From Phycisphaerales bacterium (GTDB lineage: Bacteria; Planctomycetota; Phycisphaerae; UBA1845; PWPN01): a DNA stretch of 64,000 nt. The DNA lies in the NCBI GenBank assembly GCA_012729595.1, contig JAAYCU010000283.1:4-64003 (forward strand), given 5' to 3'. The notes under the pieces are model-generated. The model saw nothing but the letters and a program-made list of their open reading frames with translations, was not told the origin of the DNA and did no database searches. Of this stretch, positions 55,866 through 64,000 are shown piece by piece. The position numbers and the translations under genes are program-made. The stretch's first letter is position 1. The number at the start of each line of letters is the position of its first letter.

Positions 55866-56498
55866 TTATCGCGGCATCTGGTCACTGCGCAGGTTGTCCG
55901 CATCGGCCACGCCGTCGCGGAAGGTGAATTGTCCGTCTACGCCGGCACTGATGAAAATGGGTTTGCCATGATTGGCGGCCACCGCCTGCCATTCGATAGC
56001 GACTCGACTACGGGCGGTTAGGCAGCGTAGCGGACGACCCCATGCATCGCGTACCGTGCCCCATTTGCCGAGTTCGGCGCCTTCGGGTGGAACCCGCAGA
56101 ATCATCGGAATGGTATCCAGGATTTCCCGCGAGGCGGGTACGTCCGCCAGGGCGGCGATGACGCGGCGGCTGCTTTCGGCGGGATCGTCCTTGCTTGGCA
56201 GGTGATTGGGCTCGGTGTCGGCCGGTTGAGTGGCCGGGGGGAATGGCCACGTGCCGGTCGCCTCGTGGTAGGCCGTCAGGGCTTTATCCAGGGTGGCCAG
56301 CAAATCCCAGACCTGTCGGTGCTTCAGATCACCCTGCACGGAGTGAATGCCCAAGGCGACCACGACCAGCACCAAACCGAGCAGCGCGGCGGTAATCAGC
56401 GTTTCCGTAAAAGTCACCCCCCGCCGCCGACGGCTTCCAGCCCGCGGCGCAAGCGAGGGATCAACCATGCCCGCCGGAAACTTCGCCAAGGATGTCAC
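55866..56498 (-). CDS. Type II secretion/type IV pilin-like pseudopilin (GspG-like)
   Basis: The prepilin cleavage/methylation motif RRG|VTFTETLITAALLGLVLVVVAL has Glu at +5. C-terminal DAWGRPLRCLT...FISAGVDGQF resembles GspG. The start is 56498 or 56468. Confidence 0.7.
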   Translation of the reverse strand: MTSLAKFPAGMVDPSLAPRAGSRRRRGVTFTETLITAALLGLVLVVVALGIHSVQGDLKHRQVWDLLATLDKALTAYHEATGTWPFPPATQPADTEPNHLPSKDDPAESSRRVIAALADVPASREILDTIPMILRVPPEGAELGKWGTVRDAWGRPLRCLTARSRVAIEWQAVAANHGKPIFISAGVDGQFTFRDGVADADNLRSDQMPR

Positions 56499-56543
56499 CT
56501 TTCACCCCATGCCTGTGCCAGCCCCTTTCAGGGGTGTATACCA

Positions 56544-57563
56544 TCACGTTTCAGTGTTCGTTCTTTTTTCCAGAATCTCAACCCGATCGCCCTTGATCCG
56601 CAGACGCCCCTCGGCGAATAGGCGGATGGCCTCGGGGTAGGCCAGACATTCCTGTTCAAAAACGCGAGCGGCCAGCGTGTCGGCATCGTCGTCCGGCAAG
56701 ACCGGAACCTTGCGTTGCAGGATGATCGGCCCCGCGTCGTATTCGTTGTTCGCGAAATGCACCGTGCAGCCGCTCTCTTTCTCGCCGGCGGCCAGCACGG
56801 CCTCATGCACGTGGTGCCCGAAGAAACCCTTGCCCCCATGTCTGGGCAGCAAGGCCGGGTGAATGTTCATCACCTTGTCCAGCCAGCGGTCCGGAATCCG
56901 CCAATAACACGTCCACCCCGCCTGACAGACCAGATCGACCTTGTATTCATCCAGCGTCTCGGCGATGAGCCGGCTGAATTCATCCACGTCCGGGTGTTCT
57001 TTCTTGCGAATGACCTTGACGGGCAGCCCGGCCGCCTGGGCCCGCTCGACCCCCTTGACGTGCGGAAGCGAGGAAATCACCACCACGACCTCGGCATCAA
57101 GCCGGCCGGCGTCGATTTCCTCAACGAGATTGACCAGCGTGCGTCCGCCGCCGGAAAGTAATGCGCCAAGCCGAATCGATCCCACCTCCTCAAGAATGAA
57201 ACGCTCAACTTCTTTGATAAACAATTCGGCTTTGCGAAGGATATCCGCCGCGATTTCCTGGGGATAGTCGTTTCGCAAGCCATAATCCCCAACATTTCGT
57301 TCATCGAAGGCCAATATCAGGTGCTGATGCAACTCCTGTTTAATCAATCCCTTGCTGACAAATTCTCGGCCAAAGGCACTGATGACCGCGCTATGCCTGG
57401 AAAAACACAAACCCCGGGATAGAAGCGCGGCCTCGGCCAGGTAAAACATAGCATAGTAAGCTCGTGAGGTCGCAAAATCGGAATGCCCAATCTCAGCCAA
57501 CCGTTTGGCGGCCGCCAAACTTCGCCGACCTTTCTCCTGCAATTGTCGGACTTCCGATTTCAT
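56544..57563 (-). CDS. purN: HEPN domain fused in frame to phosphoribosylglycinamide formyltransferase (PurN)
   Basis: Residues 1-~125 are HEPN-like helices (AYYAMFYLAEAALL, HSAVISAF, ERNVGDYG). Residues ~129-339 are PurN (LLSGGGRTL, MNIHPALLP, EYDAGPIILQ). The 339-aa ORF is uninterrupted. Confidence 0.8.
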   Translation of the reverse strand: MKSEVRQLQEKGRRSLAAAKRLAEIGHSDFATSRAYYAMFYLAEAALLSRGLCFSRHSAVISAFGREFVSKGLIKQELHQHLILAFDERNVGDYGLRNDYPQEIAADILRKAELFIKEVERFILEEVGSIRLGALLSGGGRTLVNLVEEIDAGRLDAEVVVVISSLPHVKGVERAQAAGLPVKVIRKKEHPDVDEFSRLIAETLDEYKVDLVCQAGWTCYWRIPDRWLDKVMNIHPALLPRHGGKGFFGHHVHEAVLAAGEKESGCTVHFANNEYDAGPIILQRKVPVLPDDDADTLAARVFEQECLAYPEAIRLFAEGRLRIKGDRVEILEKRTNTET

Positions 57564-57889
57564 CCCACAACCACCCCTTCATGCCGCGTGTTCACAAGAA
57601 ACGGCGTATAGTCGTGTTCATACTCATCGAGATCGACCGGCAGGGCGGATATAAGCTGATCGTATTCAAGGGACAACCGACTGGCGATCGGATTGATGCG
57701 ATGCAATTCTTCCCAAAAGTCCCCCAAAGTCTGAAGAACGACAAGGATGTCAAGATCCGAATCGTCATCGGCCTCGCCGCGTGCTCTTGAACCGTAGAGA
57801 ATGACCCTGTTCAATCTGGAACCATACATTTGCCGCAACTCGGCAACAAACAGCTCCAAGGCGCTTTTCCATTTGGAATCCGTGCTCAT
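57560..57889 (-). CDS. Minimal nucleotidyltransferase (MNT, MntA-like antitoxin-type)
   Basis: LYGSRARGEADDDSDLDILVVL matches GSxxRG...DxD. Length 109 aa. An ATGA overlap links it to the downstream HEPN ORF. Confidence 0.8.
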   Translation of the reverse strand: MSTDSKWKSALELFVAELRQMYGSRLNRVILYGSRARGEADDDSDLDILVVLQTLGDFWEELHRINPIASRLSLEYDQLISALPVDLDEYEHDYTPFLVNTRHEGVVVG

Positions 57890-57916
57890 TTATTCCATTG
57901 TACCATTCCGATGATT

Positions 57917-60900
57917 CTATTGACAATCATCATTATCTGGCGAAAAGACACAGATACTCATAGAACAACTATACCCGTCGATTTGACCTTGAAAATCGGG
58001 ATCGGGGATATCTTCAGAAACCTGAGTCAATTCACTTGTGAGGGTTTCATGGCAGATGTAGTCCTGATAAGCCTGTACCGCCTCGGCTACCGGGCCGGTG
58101 GTGTTGATGCGCAGGCGAATGCGGGCCTCGTAATCGAGCCGAGCGCTCTTGCGGGCGTTCTGGATCAGGTTGACCACGTCGCGGGCCAGGCCCTCGGCCT
58201 TCAACTCCTCGCTGATTTCCGTACTGAGGACGAGCACGACCTGCGGGCCCTGCGCGGCGGCCCAGCCCGGTTTGGCCTGGAGCGTAATCTGCACGTCCTC
58301 CGGGGCCAGTTCGACGGTTTGACCGGCGACGGTGATGGTCACCTTGCCTTCCCGGTCAAGCTGTCGACGCAGGGCGGCCGCATCGGCCTTGGCCAAAGTC
58401 GGTTTGATCCGCGGGGCCAGCTTGCCGAACTTGGGCCCGAGGGTTTTGAAGTTGGGCCGAATCTCGTAGGTGACATACTTGTCCGCGTCGGTGGCGAAAT
58501 CGATCTGCTTGACGTTCAACTCATCGGCGATCAGGGGCAGGTGGCCTCCGAGCCATTGCCGATGGTTCGGATCGGCCAGGACCAGCTCGACGACCGGCAG
58601 CGGCTGGCGAACCTTGATCTTGGCATCCATCCGGGCCGAGCGGCCCAGCGAGGCGATCTCGCGCACGATGGCCATCTCCTCCCGCAACTGTTGATCCATA
58701 CGCTCTTCGTCGGCCCGCGGATAATCGCACAGATGCACGCTCTCGGGGGTGTCGGCGAATTGGTCGCGCATGAGGTTCTGATACAGCGTCTCGGCGAAGA
58801 ACGGCGTGAACGGGGCGATCAGCTTGCTCGCGGTCACCATCGTGGACCAGAGGGTCTGGTACGCGGCCCGCTTGTCGGCATCCATCCCCGAACGCCAGAA
58901 CCGGTCGCGCGAACGGCGGACGTACCAGTTGCTCAGGGCGTCGACGAAATCGACCAGCCGGCGACAGGCCGGGTAATTTTCGTAGCCATCCATGGCCGCC
59001 CGCACGTCGGCGATGGTCTGGTTCAGCTCGGCGGTGACCCAGCGGTCCAGCTCGCTCAGTTGGGCCTGCGAATTGGCCGCGTCGATGGGCTTCCAGCCGT
59101 CGATGTTGGCGTAGATCACGAAAAAGCTATAGACGTTGTAGAGTTTGATGAGAAACTCGCGCTGGTCGGTGGCGATGGTGTTTTCCTTGAACCGCGCACC
59201 CGTCCACGGTGCCTGGCTGGAGAGCATCGACCAGCGCATGGCGTCGGCCCCCTCGCGGTCGAAGATGTAGGTCGGCTCCTTGTAGTTGCGCTTGCTCTTG
59301 GAAAGTTTTTTTCCGTCCTCGCCGCCGACCAGGCCGAGCACGATGCAGTTGCGGAACGGATGGGGATAGGGTTTCTCGAAAGTGTGGTCGTCAAAAAACG
59401 ACTTGGATTGGCTCTGCCCCGTTTCCCACGACTTCGATCGGAAAGAATCGGGCTTGAACAGCATCGTGCTGATGGCCAGCAGCGTGTAAAACCACCCGCG
59501 GGTCTGGTCGATGGCCTCGCTGATGAAGTCGGCCGGGAAGCGCTGTTTGAACAGCTCCGCGTTCTGGTGCGGATAGCCCCACTGAGCGAAGGGCATGCAG
59601 CCGCTGTCGAACCAGCAGTCGATCACCTCCGGCACCCGCCGCATCCGAGCGCCCCGGGCAAACGGCGAATCGTAGGTAATCGCGTCGATGTACGGCTTAT
59701 GTACCTTCAGGTCGTCGATCAGGTCGGGGTTGTCGCGTTTGGCTTTTTCCCAGACTTCCATGCCGCGTGCGCCGGGCTTGGCCAGCAGTTCGGCGTAAGA
59801 GGCGACGGCCTCCTGCTTGCCGGTCTTTTCGCATTCCCAGATCGGCAGCGGCGTGCCCCAGAACCGTTCACGTGAAAGGGCCCAATCGACATTGTCGGCC
59901 AGGAAATTGCCGAACCGCCCGTCGCGGATATGCTCGGGCAGCCAGTTAATCCGGCCGTTGTTTTCCAGAAACGCATCGCGGAATTCCGTCGTGCGGACGA
60001 ACCAGCTTTTACGTGCGTACTGGATCAGCGGATCCTCCTCCGCCCGCCAGCAGAAGGGGTAATCGTGGTGATACTGCTCGCGTTTAAGCAGCAGGCCGCG
60101 ATCCTTGAGATTTCGGATGATGTCGTGATCGGCCTCCTTGCAGAAGCGGCCGGCAAAATCCACCGCCTCGGGCACGAACGTACCGTCCGGCGCGATCAGT
60201 TGCAGAAAACCGAGTTCATTTTCCCGGGCGACGCGATAGTCATCCTCGCCGAACGCCGGGGCCAGATGCACGATGCCCGTTCCGGTATCCAGCGTTACAA
60301 AATCGGCGGTAATGATTTCATAGGCTTTCCCGCCGGTCGGCTTGGCATAGTCGAACAGCGGCTCGTATTTCATCCCCGCCAGTTCCGCGCCCTTACAGGT
60401 TCGGACAATCCGAACATCCTTTTCGAGATCGATGGGCAGGCCCTTGAAGGTAGCCTCAAGCAGTTGCCGGGCCAGGATGAATTCCTCATCCTCGAAGGCC
60501 ACCTGTACGTACTCGACGTCGGGATGGACGGCCAGGGCGACGTTGCTTGGCAGTGTCCACGGCGTGGTCGTCCAGGCGAGGAAGCTTGTCTTAGGCTTAT
60601 CCTTGAGACGGAAACGCACGGTTATGGATGGATCGTCCACCTCCCGATAGCCCTGGCCGACCTCGCCGGACGACAGGGCGGTCCCGCCTTGTGGCCACCA
60701 CCAGACCACCTTGTGCCCCTGGTAAAGCAGGCCACGGCGGAACAGGGTAGCCAGCGCCCACCAGACGCTTTCGACGTACGACTGATGGTAGGTGACGTAG
60801 GCTTCCTTCAGGTTGATCCAGAAGCCCAGGCGGCGGGTGAGTTCCTCCCATTCCCGCGTGTAGCGAAAAACGCTCTGCTGGCAGAGGTGGATGAATTTCT

Positions 60901-61240
60901 CCACGCCGTACTGCTCGATCTCGGCCTTGGTGTGGATGCCGAGCTCCTTGCAGACCTCGGCCTCGACGGGCAGGCCGTGAGTGTCCCAGCCGGCCTTGCG
61001 GTGGCAATAGTGGCCGCTCATCGTGCGGTAACGCGGGAACACGTCCTTGATGATCCGGGTCAGGCAATGCCCCGGATGCGGCAGCCCGTTGGCCGTCGGC
61101 GGCCCCTCGTAAAATACGAAAGGTGTCGCTCCCTGTCTTTGCCGCAGGGACTTTTCGTAAATATCGTTGGTTTCCCAGAAACGTAGTATTTCCCGCTCGG
61201 AAGTCGGGAAATCAAATTGTGCAGGCACTTCCTTAAACAT
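57917..61240 (-). CDS. ileS: Isoleucyl-tRNA synthetase
   Basis: The HIGH region PPTANGLPHPGH, the KMSKS variant KLSKSKRNY, a CP1 editing insert, and a length of 1107 aa. Confidence 0.95.
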   Translation of the reverse strand: MFKEVPAQFDFPTSEREILRFWETNDIYEKSLRQRQGATPFVFYEGPPTANGLPHPGHCLTRIIKDVFPRYRTMSGHYCHRKAGWDTHGLPVEAEVCKELGIHTKAEIEQYGVEKFIHLCQQSVFRYTREWEELTRRLGFWINLKEAYVTYHQSYVESVWWALATLFRRGLLYQGHKVVWWWPQGGTALSSGEVGQGYREVDDPSITVRFRLKDKPKTSFLAWTTTPWTLPSNVALAVHPDVEYVQVAFEDEEFILARQLLEATFKGLPIDLEKDVRIVRTCKGAELAGMKYEPLFDYAKPTGGKAYEIITADFVTLDTGTGIVHLAPAFGEDDYRVARENELGFLQLIAPDGTFVPEAVDFAGRFCKEADHDIIRNLKDRGLLLKREQYHHDYPFCWRAEEDPLIQYARKSWFVRTTEFRDAFLENNGRINWLPEHIRDGRFGNFLADNVDWALSRERFWGTPLPIWECEKTGKQEAVASYAELLAKPGARGMEVWEKAKRDNPDLIDDLKVHKPYIDAITYDSPFARGARMRRVPEVIDCWFDSGCMPFAQWGYPHQNAELFKQRFPADFISEAIDQTRGWFYTLLAISTMLFKPDSFRSKSWETGQSQSKSFFDDHTFEKPYPHPFRNCIVLGLVGGEDGKKLSKSKRNYKEPTYIFDREGADAMRWSMLSSQAPWTGARFKENTIATDQREFLIKLYNVYSFFVIYANIDGWKPIDAANSQAQLSELDRWVTAELNQTIADVRAAMDGYENYPACRRLVDFVDALSNWYVRRSRDRFWRSGMDADKRAAYQTLWSTMVTASKLIAPFTPFFAETLYQNLMRDQFADTPESVHLCDYPRADEERMDQQLREEMAIVREIASLGRSARMDAKIKVRQPLPVVELVLADPNHRQWLGGHLPLIADELNVKQIDFATDADKYVTYEIRPNFKTLGPKFGKLAPRIKPTLAKADAAALRRQLDREGKVTITVAGQTVELAPEDVQITLQAKPGWAAAQGPQVVLVLSTEISEELKAEGLARDVVNLIQNARKSARLDYEARIRLRINTTGPVAEAVQAYQDYICHETLTSELTQVSEDIPDPDFQGQIDGYSCSMSICVFSPDNDDCQ

Positions 61241-61250
61241 GGCTCATATC

Positions 61251-62780
61251 TTACGGCGCACCCAGGCGGCTGCCAAACTCCTCCGGTTCTCCAAACCCGT
61301 CGGGGGGTAGGGTGGCCACCAGCGGGACCTCCCCGTCCGGAACCTCCGCCGACGGTTCATCGCGGCCGATGATATCGAATGTTTCCCACTTACCCCGACA
61401 CCAGCGGACCCACAAGGTCGCGCTGATCGCGATAACGAATAGGGTAGCGAAAATCCACGGCCCTATCGATTCCAGTTGCGGCCACCAGCGGGTCGCCCAG
61501 TAGCCGCCCAGGATCATGATCCCCCAGGACTCGATGCCCGCGGCGATCATGGGGAAGCGGGTATCGCCCGCCCCGCGTAGAGCATTGTTGTAGGTGATGG
61601 CCATCGCGTCTGAGACTTGGAACAAGGCGACGAAGAGCAATAACCGAGTCCCAATTTGGATGACCTGGCTATCATTGCTGAAAATACCCATCAGTCGCGT
61701 GCCGGCCAGTACGTATATCAGACCCATGCTGCCCATGTAGGCCATGTTGACTATGCAACCGACAGCCGCTCGCCGCCGGGCAAGATCGGGACGGCCTTCG
61801 CCGATGGCCCGACCGACCACAGTGCAAACCGCCATCGCGATACCCACCGCGGGCATGAAGGACAGCTCGCTGTAGCGGAAACAGATGGCCGTTGCCGCCA
61901 GATGCACCGTGCCGAACCCGCCCACGATGACCATGAGGAAAACCGCCCAGGCGGTTATATCGATCGTGAAATTGATCCCGGAAAACCAGCCCACGGCCAG
62001 TAGACGCCGCATCTTGTCCCGATTCGGTCGCCACATGCGCAACGCATTAAATTGTTGTGTCCGCGAGCTGAAGCACATTAAACCCATGAGCCAGACGACA
62101 TGGATAGCAGTGGCGATCAGCGAACCCCAGGCCGCTCCGGCCACGCCCAGGGCCGGAAACCCCCACTTGCCCAGAACCAGGGCGTAGCTCAACAGGGCGT
62201 TGATGATATTGGTTCCGACGACGGTTACGGTGTTCTGCCCCGGCTGGTGAATGCCATTAAAGAAATGCCCCAGTGCAATAGCGGCCCCGCTCAGACCGAC
62301 GGCCAGCAGCCTGATGCGGGTGTAGTCGATCTCCATCGCCAGCACCGCCGGTTCGTGTCCGATCCAGCCGAAAATGGTCGGGACGAATGGCCACAAAGCG
62401 AATCCCAGAATACCGAATGCGGCGCTGATCCAAACACCCTGCCAGCCGTAGGCGGAGCAATCATTGTACCGTTTGGCCCCCAGCGACTGGCTGGCCATCG
62501 TGGTCACGCAGACCATGATACCCATGAGAAAACTGAAACAAGCGAAAAAGACCATGGCCCCCGAGGAGACGGCGGCCTGGGCCTCCGAGGCGTTGGGCAA
62601 AACGGAGACAATCGAGAAATCCACGATGCTCAGCAGAGTCTGGCTGACCATGCTGGCTACGTTGGGTAGGGCGATGACCATCAGCAGGCGCAGGTCGGTG
62701 GCCCAAGAGAGCTTCAACGGTGGACCGTCGAGCGACGGACCTGGATTGCTTGTAACATCCTGGTCGAACCGTTGATCCAT
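61251..62780 (-). CDS. MATE family efflux transporter
   Basis: About 12 TM segments with a MATE-like duplicated 6+6 pattern and an acidic cytoplasmic C-terminal tail. Confidence 0.8.
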   Translation of the reverse strand: MDQRFDQDVTSNPGPSLDGPPLKLSWATDLRLLMVIALPNVASMVSQTLLSIVDFSIVSVLPNASEAQAAVSSGAMVFFACFSFLMGIMVCVTTMASQSLGAKRYNDCSAYGWQGVWISAAFGILGFALWPFVPTIFGWIGHEPAVLAMEIDYTRIRLLAVGLSGAAIALGHFFNGIHQPGQNTVTVVGTNIINALLSYALVLGKWGFPALGVAGAAWGSLIATAIHVVWLMGLMCFSSRTQQFNALRMWRPNRDKMRRLLAVGWFSGINFTIDITAWAVFLMVIVGGFGTVHLAATAICFRYSELSFMPAVGIAMAVCTVVGRAIGEGRPDLARRRAAVGCIVNMAYMGSMGLIYVLAGTRLMGIFSNDSQVIQIGTRLLLFVALFQVSDAMAITYNNALRGAGDTRFPMIAAGIESWGIMILGGYWATRWWPQLESIGPWIFATLFVIAISATLWVRWCRGKWETFDIIGRDEPSAEVPDGEVPLVATLPPDGFGEPEEFGSRLGAP

Positions 62781-62907
62781 AAATCACAATATACCAATAA
62801 TAGGGTTCTACCGGCTGGACGCACTTCCGAGGGTTCGCCTGACCGATCGGTCCGCCCGGATTCTGGAGAGTGTACTTTCTGATCCGCGCCCGCGCAAGAC
62901 GCCGACC

Positions 62908-63897
62908 TTATCCCCCACGGAGCATACCTGGTCCGGAGTAAACGTTATCTACGTCCTCGCGCTGGCCTTCTCGTTGAGGGAGCGAAGGTGGAACGGATTG
63001 CATCGGAGCGGTTGGTGACACACTCTCAGAGTCCCTGAACCCATCATCGACCGTCAGCGACTGAATGGGCGGCTCGCCTATCATGCTAGTGCCCATTTGT
63101 GTCATAATCCGACTCAACTCCTGTTCCACCATTTCCATACTGGTGAATTCATTTTGTTGTATCCGGATTGTCAAATCGCGGATATTTTGGGCTACGCTCG
63201 GTGCGATCATCGACCATTGATCGATCAATCCTGGCTGGAGTAGATTCAATTGCGGCATCTCGATACGCCAACGATCGTCCAGCAAGTGGGTAAAGACCTG
63301 AATAGATTGCGGTATCGTGCCTCCGACGACTTCCAGCGTAGCCATGGCGCTTAGCTCGTCTTGCGCCTGAGCAATGACTCCGTACGGGTCCAACTGCAAT
63401 TGTCCGGAAATACCCAGAAGTCGACCGAGCCCTTGATCCCGCCACTTAGCTTGTCCTGCCGCGTCAGGAATCTGCTGCTGTACCGTTTGTCCCAGTTCCT
63501 CCAGGGCTTGTTGCAGGGGTTGTATTGCCATCAGTAAACCGCTCATGGTTTCCGCTTGTTCGGGTACCAGAATCTCGATCAGCCGTTGTTCCTCGCCCGC
63601 GTTGGCCAGAATAATAAAAGACTGCACTACCGCTTCGGCGGTCGAATCATCGATGTTAATCATAGGACTGCCGGTGGTTCCGGTGCCCGGGCCGGCGAGT
63701 GGGGCCCGTTCGACCGTACTGGCAATGGGGGCGAGGATCGCGCTATCCCGGTCGGTATGGTCTAAGGTCACAGGCATTAACCCGTCGACGCCGTCGAATG
63801 TCGACGGTGGCGGTTCGGACGGCCTGCGACAAGATAGATGGGAAAAAAATATAAGCAGCAATGTTATCCAAGCTATTCTACTCTTCATGGCTAGCAT
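62908..63897 (-). CDS. Hypothetical lipoprotein
   Basis: Signal peptide with lipobox-like FSHLSC (MKSRIAWITLLLIFFSHLSC). Q/L/I-rich helical body. No family recognised. Confidence 0.5.
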   Translation of the reverse strand: MLAMKSRIAWITLLLIFFSHLSCRRPSEPPPSTFDGVDGLMPVTLDHTDRDSAILAPIASTVERAPLAGPGTGTTGSPMINIDDSTAEAVVQSFIILANAGEEQRLIEILVPEQAETMSGLLMAIQPLQQALEELGQTVQQQIPDAAGQAKWRDQGLGRLLGISGQLQLDPYGVIAQAQDELSAMATLEVVGGTIPQSIQVFTHLLDDRWRIEMPQLNLLQPGLIDQWSMIAPSVAQNIRDLTIRIQQNEFTSMEMVEQELSRIMTQMGTSMIGEPPIQSLTVDDGFRDSESVSPTAPMQSVPPSLPQREGQREDVDNVYSGPGMLRGG

Positions 63898-64000
63898 CCT
63901 CAGGCTGGTCCATTGAAATCCGTTGTCAAAGATACCGGCAAAGGCTGCGGACCGTCAATATGGACGCCGTACTCCGTTAAACGGGGTGGCCTGAGAGCTA

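Noticed and set aside
57830-61186. Very long plus-strand ORFs (681 aa and 418 aa) antisense to ileS
   Set aside because: These are shadow ORFs typical of high-GC DNA. Their translations are Arg/Gly/Pro/Ala-rich and low in complexity with no motifs, whereas the opposite strand encodes an unmistakable IleRS. The same reasoning applies to these antisense ORFs:
- 37297..38505 (-), antisense to murB/murC
- 51111..52235 (+), antisense to argJ
- 46855..47838 (+), antisense to the DUF368 gene
- 32088..33014 (-), antisense to mraY
- 42473..43336 (+), antisense to recJ
- 17507..18355 (+), antisense to fabG
- 7101..7832 (-), antisense to the sulfatase
1-64000. Looked for CRISPR arrays, IS/transposase genes, integrases, phage genes and rRNA/tRNA genes
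   Set aside because: No regularly spaced direct repeats of 24-40 bp were found. There were no transposase- or integrase-like translations and no terminal inverted repeats flanking a compositional island. No RNA gene signatures were seen by eye. A covariance-model scan (tRNAscan-SE or Infernal) would be needed to be definitive.

Overview
High-GC (~60%) bacterial chromosome segment, almost entirely housekeeping and densely coded. Gene calls rest on motifs read from the supplied translations; no database search was run.

Main blocks, left to right:
- rlmN, a large Ser/Thr kinase with a propeller-like tail, and a sulfatase.
- A three-ORF secreted-protein locus, then nrnA.
- A PEP-CTERM protein with an FGE fold, and an orphan fliN.
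- A minus-strand rpmF-plsX-fabH-fabD-fabG-acpP-fabF operon.
- A long plus-strand dcw cluster: mraZ, a 646-bp spacer, rsmH, a LysM gene, ftsL, ftsI, murE, murF, mraY, ftsW, murG, murC, murB, ddl, ftsQ.
- recJ, a DUF368 gene with an AMMECR1 gene, miaB, argJ/argC, rplM-rpsI, an SRAP gene, a pseudopilin, an MNT gene with a HEPN-PurN gene, ileS, and a MATE transporter.

Several features suggest a Planctomycetota (Phycisphaerae-like) host. These are the PEP-CTERM anchor, pseudopilin-like modules, sulfatases, a TAT-signal Gfo/Idh/MocA enzyme, and a dcw cluster with no ftsA/ftsZ. This taxonomic call is inference only.

No rRNA, tRNA, CRISPR array or IS element was found.

Most interesting observations:
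1. An MNT nucleotidyltransferase gene is translationally coupled to a HEPN domain that is fused in frame to PurN.
2. The dcw cluster ends in ftsQ plus two paralogous polytopic membrane proteins where ftsA/ftsZ normally sit. It also lacks murD, and a LysM protein is coupled to ftsL.
3. A structured 646-bp spacer with a strong intrinsic terminator separates mraZ from rsmH.
4. Inverted arrays of heptamer repeats lie between argC and argJ.
5. An in-frame TAG splits a secreted protein that carries an internal pseudopilin module.
6. A DUF368 protein carries an inserted duplicated soluble module.
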